DNA of 30,239 nt from the IMG/VR virus record IMGVR_UViG_3300032295_000988, positions 1-30,239 of that record, one strand, 5' to 3'. The translations under genes were made by a program, and so were the position numbers. The notes under the pieces are model-generated. The model was not told the DNA's origin and searched no databases. It worked only from the letters and a program-made list of their open reading frames with translations. The DNA comes from a virus (taxonomy: Duplodnaviria > Caudoviricetes). Below, one piece after another: positions 8,310-15,613 of the stretch (position 1 is the stretch's first letter; the number at the start of each line of letters is the position of its first letter).

Positions 8310-8657
8310 TTAAACTTGTGATTCACTGGTGCGCTTTCTCCAACCACGACGCATGAATCCTTGATTCATGGCATGCTGACCACGTGTGATGATTTGAATG
8401 TTGTCGGGATTCCAACTGGCCTCATGATCACAGCGTGTCAAGCAAACATTGTCACGCATGCGTCCTCTTTGATGCCAGGAGTCCGCCCAGGCTGCTTGAT
8501 ATTGATCAAACTCTATTTCCCACACTTCGCCACGATAGTTGGCTTGGTTTCGTGCCTGTATGAATGCTCTGTATTGATCATGTGTGAGTTGATCTGGACC
8601 AGTGCACCAGGTGTGTGGTCTGGGTCCTGTGCCACGTCCTGTTTGACCTTTTATCAT
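8310..8657 (-). CDS. HNH-like (possibly degenerate) endonuclease
   Basis: A-x-x-RG-x-x-W...W-x-x-RGR...CLTR-x-D...W-x-x-x-NIQIIT pattern of small phage HNH-related proteins. Confidence 0.55.
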   Translation of the reverse strand: MIKGQTGRGTGPRPHTWCTGPDQLTHDQYRAFIQARNQANYRGEVWEIEFDQYQAAWADSWHQRGRMRDNVCLTRCDHEASWNPDNIQIITRGQHAMNQGFMRRGWRKRTSESQV

Positions 8658-9019
8658 GCAAACAACTCCTGAAATCTACCACCTGGTGACTCTGCCGCAA
8701 TGCTGGCTTCGGCCAGGGCCAAGGCCTCTGCGTGATCTTGACATCTATACACAATGTCTGCACGACAGTCTGCTGATATTACAGGTGTGCCTTCACGTGT
8801 GGTTCGCTTGGTGAGTTTCAACCCTGCATACACACCCCAAGGTGTTTCGTGTTCAACCACATGATCCCAACCTGACTTCTTGAAGTTGGTGTATGTGGCA
8901 TCCACTGTCATTTCTCCAATGTGATTGTCTATCAAGTTTTGAAATGTCAGTCTCCAGAATCTCACGCCATTGCGTCCTGGTCTTTGTTCTACGTCTATCA
9001 AAATATATTGGTCAGTCAT
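8654..9019 (-). CDS. Hypothetical protein, possible OB-fold
   Basis: Beta-rich N-terminus YILIDVEQRPGRNGVRFWRLTF. TAAATA at 9041-9046 and a GAGGA RBS. Confidence 0.7.
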   Translation of the reverse strand: MTDQYILIDVEQRPGRNGVRFWRLTFQNLIDNHIGEMTVDATYTNFKKSGWDHVVEHETPWGVYAGLKLTKRTTREGTPVISADCRADIVYRCQDHAEALALAEASIAAESPGGRFQELFA

Positions 9020-9075
9020 TGTGGTTGTGTCCTCGTGTTGTATTTAGTAAATGTCAAAATGCCAGTTTGATTTTG

Positions 9076-9554
9076 AGATGAGTTGGCACTCATCTATTCG
9101 CCTGCGCACTTCGTGCTTGGCTCATAGCCGTTGCACTTGAGATGTCAAGAGATTCAAGAGGTGCAACAGGTAAAGGGGTCAAGAGGAAGAGACGAAGTCT
9201 CGCTTGATCACTTTTGGGCGGACGCAAAGCGTCTGACCATATGTAATAACTCACGTGATGTGCAATGGATCTCGTGCGAACTGCTCCTGACTCAAGAGAG
9301 AGAATTACCCTCCCCCCAATTGATTTTTGTGAACCAAGCAAACTTGGAAGTTCAATCCGTGCTAACAGGTAGCGGACGCTGAAAACTTGTGCTCGTGAGA
9401 AAACCTTTCCCAAGGTGTTGCCACGAGCGGCTGGTTCGTTTATAGTCGTTGCTTATAGTTGGAAATCCTTGTCAGGGCCATACAGGCGTAAGTGACTTGG
9501 GCCAACCAAGGTTTGGACTCTTCCACGCACAGAGGGGATTTGTGACGCTGGGTG
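9076..9554 (-). ncRNA. Large structured non-coding region (candidate ncRNA or replication origin)
   Basis: About 480 nt with no credible gene and many stems: AGATGAGT/ACTCATCT, GTTGCAC/GTGCAAC, GAGAC-GAA-GTCTC, GACGC/GCGTC, CCAAG/CTTGG twice, GCTCGTG/CACGAGC, AAATCC/GGATTT. Confidence 0.55.
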
Positions 9555-9818
9555 TTATCTTTGCTGGTTGAAATACTTGATGATTTGCTTTGCTACAATG
9601 CCTCTGGGCTGATTCACCAAAACCCACTCACAATAAGATGGATCCTGGTTGATTACTTGCCCTATGTCTTTGTTCCAATATTTGCCGCTGATAAAAACTG
9701 ATTCTTTGCTGATTGTTTTGTTTAGTGCTTTTGCTTTTTTTTGGTTGTCTTGTCTAAACTTGTCCCAGGGCTCTTTTTCGTAGCCGCCATTGGGTCTGTT
9801 GTAGTTTAATTTTGCCAT
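9555..9818 (-). CDS. Small basic protein with a DUF3820 / exodeoxyribonuclease X C-terminal-like motif
   Basis: FISGKYWNKDIGQVINQDPSYCEWV matches F-x-x-GKY-x-G-x-x-I...DP-x-Y-x-x-W. The track's 5' extension crosses a terminator, so the start is set at MAKLNY. Confidence 0.65.
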   Translation of the reverse strand: MAKLNYNRPNGGYEKEPWDKFRQDNQKKAKALNKTISKESVFISGKYWNKDIGQVINQDPSYCEWVLVNQPRGIVAKQIIKYFNQQR

Positions 9819-9905
9819 TAAATGCTGCCTGTTTGTTTTGCCATTTTGTTTATTTAGTAAGTGTAGCAAAATATCACTTTTTTTCCTAGTGTTTTGGCAA
9901 ACCAC

Positions 9906-9941
9906 AAAAAAATCCCCCAAACTGTTTAGATTTGGGGGATT
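9906..9941 (-). terminator. Rho-independent terminator
   Basis: 11-bp perfect stem AATCCCCCAAA/TTTGGGGGATT followed by a T run on the minus strand. Confidence 0.85.
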
Positions 9942-10070
9942 CACACGATACTACAGATTTACCTAATGAGTGTAAGCACTGACGGGGGACATTTAAATGG
10001 CAATATAAACATCAGGAACAGGATCAATACCAACCACAGTATTGACTTAACTTGAAAGATATCAGTGCCT
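9906..10070 (-). ncRNA. Candidate small RNA, about 165 nt
   Basis: Bounded by TAAATA (10079-10084) and the terminator. Closing stem GCACTGA/TCAGTGC and two inner hairpins whose G-U pairs work on the minus strand. Confidence 0.55.
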
Positions 10071-10617
10071 ACACAAAATATTTAGTCAGGACCTGTTCCA
10101 ACCGCTGGGTTTTCACGCCTAATTTGATGGTTGGCCAAACAAAGATGTAGTTGTTGGTGGTCTGTCCTGACCAATCCAAAAAACGTTTAAACCATATGGG
10201 TGGCAGTTTGGGTTTCTTGTTTGCCACCTCATACAGTTCTCTGCACACTGTGTATTCTTCACCACCCAACCAGGAATCAGCACCCACAATCACAATGTCC
10301 TGATACATGGTGTGCGCTGCCCAGATGGCAGCATTGCCTGAATCATTAAACACCATGAAATTGTCTGGCACCGGTATGTCCTGCCCACGACAAAATCTTG
10401 GTCTGGTCCAAACACCATGTCCGTGCTGTCTAGCAAACTGAATGCGCTGATGATCCAGACTCACAATGTGATCCCATCGGCGTCGCAAGAAGTTGCCATT
10501 GCACACAAATGTTTCACAGTCCTGATCTGGCATGAGATCACCACTGGGTCCATTGAGCACAACCAGGCAATGGTCTTTAGTGGAGTGTTGGGGCAGTTTC
10601 TTGGGTAAAGGTTTCAT
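10069..10617 (-). CDS. Glycosyltransferase-like protein (GT29 / Maf-DUF115-like Rossmann motifs)
   Basis: CLVVLNGPS, FVCN, SGNAAI and IVIVGADS motifs. Confidence 0.65.
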   Translation of the reverse strand: MKPLPKKLPQHSTKDHCLVVLNGPSGDLMPDQDCETFVCNGNFLRRRWDHIVSLDHQRIQFARQHGHGVWTRPRFCRGQDIPVPDNFMVFNDSGNAAIWAAHTMYQDIVIVGADSWLGGEEYTVCRELYEVANKKPKLPPIWFKRFLDWSGQTTNNYIFVWPTIKLGVKTQRLEQVLTKYFV

Positions 10618-10816
10618 CTGATTGATCTGCTTGTATCTGTTGACATTGTTGTGCTATCGCTACACATTGTGCGCCTAAGTCCTGCAAAAAACTGCTGACT
10701 TCATCCAGGGTCATAAAGGCGTCTATTTGTTCATCACTGGGCCCACGCACACGGATAATAAACAAGTCAGGATATTCTACAATTTGGTCTACTGAAAATG
10801 ATAGTTGGTTGCTCAT
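10577..10816 (-). CDS. Hypothetical protein
   Basis: ATG 5 nt downstream of TAAATA (10822-10827). Confidence 0.65.
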   Translation of the reverse strand: MSNQLSFSVDQIVEYPDLFIIRVRGPSDEQIDAFMTLDEVSSFLQDLGAQCVAIAQQCQQIQADQSDETFTQETAPTLH

Positions 10817-10821
10817 ACCAA

Positions 10822-10841
10822 TATTTATTGGTCACTAAATA
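10822..10841. promoter_or_regulatory. Divergent pair of TAAATA late-type promoter boxes
   Basis: AATAAATA on the minus strand (core 10822-10827) and ACTAAATA on the plus strand (core 10836-10841), within a 37-bp gap between divergent ATGs. Confidence 0.65.
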
Positions 10842-10853
10842 TACGCATATTAT

Positions 10854-11357
10854 ATGGAACAAAAACGATTTGAACAATTGGTCAGTCAAGTTGCTGACGT
10901 AGAGTTGAGACCCCGAGATCAACCAGTGCTCACAGCCTCAGGTGAACATTGGCTCACACGAGACACAGGCGGAATGAAAATACGCAATTTTCGCATGCCG
11001 CATCGACAGTGTTCAGATTGTGAACGTGTGTTTGAGGGTGCTCCTGAACGATCATTCAGTCGTCGTGCAGGCGCCTGGCGCGAACACTGTTCGGGTTGCA
11101 ACAGTTACCGAAATCCCACAACCGGTGAGTTTGAACCCAGGTTCAAGTCCAAAGCCGTGCAGCCAACCAAGCCACAGCCGACACCAGCACAGCAATCACC
11201 GCTGCCTGAGCCTGAATCCATCGTGTGCTTTCACCGGCAGGTAGTTGAGCGAGACTGTCACGGATCTCTAATACGAGAGTATGTAAATCACCCAGTTGAG
11301 ATTCAACTAATTCCAGACGTCGTTCCAGAGCCTGATAGCGCAGTTCGCACAGGCTGA
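10854..11357 (+). CDS. Zn-ribbon protein, the only plus-strand gene
   Basis: CSDC...CSGC pairs, its own TAAATA box, and it fills an otherwise empty 10854-11142 interval. Confidence 0.7.
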   Translation: MEQKRFEQLVSQVADVELRPRDQPVLTASGEHWLTRDTGGMKIRNFRMPHRQCSDCERVFEGAPERSFSRRAGAWREHCSGCNSYRNPTTGEFEPRFKSKAVQPTKPQPTPAQQSPLPEPESIVCFHRQVVERDCHGSLIREYVNHPVEIQLIPDVVPEPDSAVRTG

Positions 11358-11394
11358 CGTGTGCATCTAGATTGGTGCGTTCAATATCAGCCAC
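11143..11394 (-). CDS. Coiled-coil protein with a C-terminal transmembrane helix (XhlA/holin-like)
   Basis: LDAHVSLCELRYQALERRLELVE heptads and hydrophobic AAVIAVLVSAVAWLA. GTG start behind AGGAG; lies at the end of the tail operon. Confidence 0.7.
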   Translation of the reverse strand: MADIERTNLDAHVSLCELRYQALERRLELVESQLGDLHTLVLEIRDSLAQLPAGESTRWIQAQAAVIAVLVSAVAWLAARLWT

Positions 11395-11671
11395 CAAAAC
11401 TCTCCTGAGCACAGGTCACATACAATGCAGCCACATCTTGTGCATCAGCATTGCTGACCCAGGTCATTGTGGCAGGATTCCAAACAGCATGATAACGGCA
11501 AGTGCGATTTTGACCGCCGTGCTGTGAACTGTCGCGAGTGTGTGCATCACCATCACCTTGTGGGTGTTGCCCTGTGACAATGGCAGTGAACAATTCTAGA
11601 TCAAGTTCTCTATCTTGACGAGCGCCATTTAATGAGTGATCTTCAACGCAAATCTGAATTCTATAAACCAT
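11387..11671 (-). CDS. Hypothetical protein
   Basis: Start MVYRIQ behind AAGGA; contiguous with the tail operon. Confidence 0.65.
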   Translation of the reverse strand: MVYRIQICVEDHSLNGARQDRELDLELFTAIVTGQHPQGDGDAHTRDSSQHGGQNRTCRYHAVWNPATMTWVSNADAQDVAALYVTCAQESFGG

Positions 11672-11681
11672 TGATCTGTCC

Positions 11682-12473
11682 TTAGTTTGAAGTTTTGTTT
11701 GGGAATGACGTGCCGCCATTGGCACCGTTCATATTGAAACAGGCTGTGGTGCCTGTTTCAAGAATGGCTTCTGCTGTGGGCGCAGTGTAAGAGGCACTGG
11801 TGTATAACGCTGTGCTGCCAAATACCTGGAAGTCATCTATATAGATACCATTCAATCCGGTGCCGCCTGCGTTGCCAATCATAATCTTATTGAGACCAGA
11901 TGTGGCCACATGATTATATGTGCCTGCTCCTGATCCACCACTCACAGGTTGATTTGCACCATCCACGTGCATATACACATTGGTGCCATTGCGACACACA
12001 CTCACAAACTGCCACACATCACGAGTCCAGGTATAACTCCAATATTGCATGTCCAGTTGCCCACGAGCAAAAATATTCAAGTTGTTTAGGCCACCACTAC
12101 CAAAACTTGAACCAAAACGAAGTCCAAGTCCGCCGTTGGTCATTTCATTTGAACAAATTTCACGACTGGTGCCACTGGCCACAGCACTGGGAATGTATTG
12201 CCACCATTGAATGGTGTATGGACCTGTTCCTGACGGCCACCAAGCGTAATCACCAGATGTGTTCTGAATATAACCGCTGTTGTTGGATATCAGCATTGAG
12301 GCTGTGCCAAACTTCTTTGTGCCAGTTTGTGTTGTGGCTGAAGTGGCAGTCATACCAATTGTGGGATTGGTCACTGGTGGCACAGGTCCAGTTGAATAAC
12401 TGATCAAGTCCTTCCAGCGTCTCATGGTGCCTGTGCGTTTGAGACTGCGTCCTGTTGCGTATCCCAGACTCAT
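11682..12473 (-). CDS. LamG / concanavalin A-like lectin domain virion protein
   Basis: KKFGTASM, YTIQWW, WQFVSVCRNG...MHVDG, IMIG, GIYIDDFQV, YTAPT motifs. Confidence 0.8.
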   Translation of the reverse strand: MSLGYATGRSLKRTGTMRRWKDLISYSTGPVPPVTNPTIGMTATSATTQTGTKKFGTASMLISNNSGYIQNTSGDYAWWPSGTGPYTIQWWQYIPSAVASGTSREICSNEMTNGGLGLRFGSSFGSGGLNNLNIFARGQLDMQYWSYTWTRDVWQFVSVCRNGTNVYMHVDGANQPVSGGSGAGTYNHVATSGLNKIMIGNAGGTGLNGIYIDDFQVFGSTALYTSASYTAPTAEAILETGTTACFNMNGANGGTSFPNKTSN

Positions 12474-12802
12474 CAGTAAATCTCGCTTCCAAATGCTGCA
12501 AAACTGGTGTTGGCGTTGGTTGAACTGATACGAATAGTATCTGTTGCTGCCATGGTCACCCCCAGTGTGAGAAAGATTGTGTCATTGGTAGTAATCAATG
12601 CGTCTTTCACAATGTATTGTGTTGCTGTGACTGTGGTGTTGGCCTGTGCAATAGCCACGCTGATGTTGGCATTGGCAGCACCTTGATTGCAAATGCTCAT
12701 GGTGCTGACCACTGCGGCATTTGAACTGGGCACAGCGTATAAGGTTGTGAGTGTGTTTGCTGAGGGATTTGATTGTCCCAATACTTTGTATACTGTTGTC
12801 AT
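12473..12802 (-). CDS. Small beta-rich virion structural protein
   Basis: YKVLGQSNP...TLYAVP...VVSTMSICN...AFGSEI; follows the fibre gene. Confidence 0.7.
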   Translation of the reverse strand: MTTVYKVLGQSNPSANTLTTLYAVPSSNAAVVSTMSICNQGAANANISVAIAQANTTVTATQYIVKDALITTNDTIFLTLGVTMAATDTIRISSTNANTSFAAFGSEIY

Positions 12803-12803
12803 G

Positions 12804-15014
12804 TTACATTCCTGCTAATAAGAAAGCGTTAAATCCAGCATCTGGAATGCCAGTTAGTTGAGATCCATTACCAATAATGTAAGCACCGCTTACATTACCG
12901 GTTGCACTGACTTGTCCGCCAGTTCGTAAGTTTCCACCGGTGATGTTGCCTGTGGCTGAGAATGTGGTGTTCAAACTCAGACCTGTTGAATTCAACAGTA
13001 ATTCTTTGCTTCCACCATGAAGACTAGCAAAGTCATAGATAAATCTCATTCCACTGTTGCTGACATTCACAGTATTAATGGGATTGGCTGCAAAGTTAGC
13101 AGTGTTGATAAATGTCAGACTCGCATAGGCATTGGCTATGTTGCCACCAGGAACAATGTCCAGACTGCCACCGGTGTTGGGATCTACCCCATCACCACCG
13201 TAACCAATACTTCCACCAGCAGGCAATAGCACAGCCTTGAAAGTGTCATTCACAGTCACATACGCACTTGGCACTGAGGCATCACGTAGATAAACTGCTG
13301 AGTTGGCAGCACCTGCTGTGTTTGCACTGTCAGCACTGCCTGCTGAAGTGGCATAAGTGGCATTGGCCACAGCACCTGAAACATTGGCACCAGTGATTGA
13401 ACTCAAACCAGATCCGTTGCCATTGATGTTGGCTCCGGTGATATTTCCACTACTGCTCAGACTGGTCAATGTGCCAACTGACGTAATGTTGGCCTGTGCA
13501 TTTGCGGTCACTGTTCCAGCAGTGGTTGCTGAAGTAGCCGAACCTGCACTTGTGGCATAGGTGGCATTGGCCACAACACCCGAAACATTTGCACCTGGCA
13601 ATGATGTCAATCCGGTGCCTGATCCAAAATGTGTTCCTGTGATATTGGCACCGGTAATGTTGCCTGTAGAACTCAAACTGGTCAACACACCCACTGAGGT
13701 AATGTTTGCCTGTGCGGCTGTTGTGACTGTGCCTGCTGTGGTAGCACTTGTGGCAGTTCCTGCACTTGTGGCAAATGTAGCGTTGGCCACTGTGCCTGTG
13801 ACATTGGCACCTGTCAAATTGCTCAACGCAGATCCATTGCCTATCACATAACTGGCTGTGACATTGCCTGTGACACTGACAGGTATGCTGGTATTCCAAG
13901 CATTGGCTGTGCTGTTGTAGGTCAACGAAGCATATTCGCCACCTATAGGTCCAACACCTAATCCACCACCATTGGCTGCTGCCGCAGTGGAAGCATTGTT
14001 GGCCACATTGATAAATTTGTCATTGATTGTGACTGTGTTGGAGTTGACTGTGGTAGTTGTGCCATTAACAGTGAGATTGCCTGCAATCACAGCATCCACA
14101 CCCACATTCAAATTGCCACTGGTGATATTACCTGTGGTTGAAATTGTGTTTGATCCAAAACTGGCCAGCAAACTGGTGGCATTGGCATTGGCATATCCTG
14201 CAGGTAACCCTGTGAGTTGAGATCCGTTGCCAACAAAATATCCAGCAGTGATATTACCAGAGGTTGATATGGGATTTGTGCCAAACGCTGCCAAATTGGC
14301 AGCCACGTTGGCATTGCCGTATGTGGCAGGCAAGCCTGTGAGTTGTGATCCGTTGCCCAGGAAATAATTGGCTGTGACATTGCCTGTGCTGCTCATTGAA
14401 GTCAATATACCAACTGAGGTAATATTGCTTTGAGCCGCGGTGGTCACAGTGCCTGCAGTTGTGGCACTGGTTGCTGAGGCTGCTGAGGTGGCAAATGTGG
14501 CATTGGCCACAGTGCCTGTGACATTGGCACCTGCTACTGAGTTGGCAGTGGTTGCTGTGGTAGCAGTGGTTGCTGAGCCTGCACTTGTGGCAAATGTGGC
14601 ATTGGCCACTGTGCCACTTACGTTAGCACCAGCCACAGCATTGGCAGTGGTTGCAAAAGTTGCCAGACCTGCTGAGGTAGCAAAAGTGGCATTGGCCACT
14701 GTGCCCACAACATTGGCTGCTGACACACTGTAGGCTGTGCCTGCCGTGGTAGCAAAGGCAGCATTGGCAATGTTGCCAGTTATGGTGCCGTTGATATTGC
14801 CAGCAGTGATGTTGCCGGTGGTGCTGATGGTGTTGCTGCCATAACTGGCCAACAATGACACCACATTGGCATTGCCATATGGATTGGTATCAATATTGGT
14901 GGCATTGTATAGAATGGTTATGGGATAACCACTAGAAGTGACTGTGACGTTCTCTGTGGTTTCATCCACAGTCACATTGTTGAATTCTTCTGTGATAGTG
15001 ACAGTGTAGGTCAT
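12804..15014 (-). CDS. Tail fibre protein with internal repeats
   Basis: A/T/N/G/S-rich. Repeats GANV(S/T)GTVANAT(F/Y)ATSAG, AQ(A/S)NITSVG and GNGSQLTG, plus a GNLTVNGTTTTVNS motif. Confidence 0.85.
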   Translation of the reverse strand: MTYTVTITEEFNNVTVDETTENVTVTSSGYPITILYNATNIDTNPYGNANVVSLLASYGSNTISTTGNITAGNINGTITGNIANAAFATTAGTAYSVSAANVVGTVANATFATSAGLATFATTANAVAGANVSGTVANATFATSAGSATTATTATTANSVAGANVTGTVANATFATSAASATSATTAGTVTTAAQSNITSVGILTSMSSTGNVTANYFLGNGSQLTGLPATYGNANVAANLAAFGTNPISTSGNITAGYFVGNGSQLTGLPAGYANANATSLLASFGSNTISTTGNITSGNLNVGVDAVIAGNLTVNGTTTTVNSNTVTINDKFINVANNASTAAAANGGGLGVGPIGGEYASLTYNSTANAWNTSIPVSVTGNVTASYVIGNGSALSNLTGANVTGTVANATFATSAGTATSATTAGTVTTAAQANITSVGVLTSLSSTGNITGANITGTHFGSGTGLTSLPGANVSGVVANATYATSAGSATSATTAGTVTANAQANITSVGTLTSLSSSGNITGANINGNGSGLSSITGANVSGAVANATYATSAGSADSANTAGAANSAVYLRDASVPSAYVTVNDTFKAVLLPAGGSIGYGGDGVDPNTGGSLDIVPGGNIANAYASLTFINTANFAANPINTVNVSNSGMRFIYDFASLHGGSKELLLNSTGLSLNTTFSATGNITGGNLRTGGQVSATGNVSGAYIIGNGSQLTGIPDAGFNAFLLAGM

Positions 15015-15015
15015 G

Positions 15016-15537
15016 TTAACTGCCCAATACTAATGGGATATAACTTGTGAGCAAGGTTGGATCGCCAGGATCCACTTCAGGTTCCCAACATTGAACCAAG
15101 GCATACCTGTGTGTGTTCACATTGGTAATGGGTGTGTTCACATCTGTCCAAGTAAAACTGAACACTGTGATAGGCACGTTTTTTCTAGCATCAGGCACTA
15201 TGGGTCCTGTATACATGCCGTTGGGGTGATACACTCGAACTGTGCCTGTAGCAGCATTCAGCACTGTGGGCACATAGATGCCACCTGCAAATGCAGTCAA
15301 GTCTACCTTGGCAAATGATCCAATCACTGTGCTGTTGGCAAAATTGGGTTGTCCGGTGTAACGAGCAAAACTCACTGTGTCTACCACAATGGTTTGAAAG
15401 TCTGCTTTGAATGTCCAACCAGTGATGTTCTGGTCAAAATTGTAAACTAATGTGCGTCTAGTGGATGGAAACCACTGTTCACATTTGACTTGGTCTGGGC
15501 CGCCCAGATATTGTTGGAAGTCTAAAACTCCAGCCAT
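15016..15537 (-). CDS. Virion structural protein (possible fibre-attachment / BppU-like)
   Basis: Lies between the tail tip and fibre genes; NITGWTF motif; AGGAG RBS. Confidence 0.6.
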   Translation of the reverse strand: MAGVLDFQQYLGGPDQVKCEQWFPSTRRTLVYNFDQNITGWTFKADFQTIVVDTVSFARYTGQPNFANSTVIGSFAKVDLTAFAGGIYVPTVLNAATGTVRVYHPNGMYTGPIVPDARKNVPITVFSFTWTDVNTPITNVNTHRYALVQCWEPEVDPGDPTLLTSYIPLVLGS

Positions 15538-15559
15538 GTGTTCTCTCCTAAGGGTGATA

Positions 15560-15594
15560 CTGCTGGCACTGAGGCACCAGCAATAGTTTATTTA
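15560..15594 (-). promoter_or_regulatory. TAAATA late-type box plus 5' leader hairpin
   Basis: AATAAATA (core 15589-15594) followed by a TGCTGG/CCAGCA stem, ahead of the fibre operon. Confidence 0.6.
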
Positions 15595-15613
15595 TTGATC
15601 CTGCAGTTTTTGT

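Noticed and set aside
9090-9413. 107-aa minus-strand ORF and the opposite ORF 9131..9382
   Set aside because: TTG starts, no clear RBS, atypical composition, and they lie over dense inverted repeats. Treated as non-coding, though not strictly excluded.
9076-9554. Retron msr-msd, DGR template or group I/II intron
   Set aside because: No reverse transcriptase (no YxDD-type ORF), no adenine-variant repeat pair seen, and the flanking genes are not interrupted.
13300-14900. Nucleotide repeats within the fibre gene as a mobile or DGR repeat system
   Set aside because: They are in-frame protein repeats that differ largely at synonymous positions.
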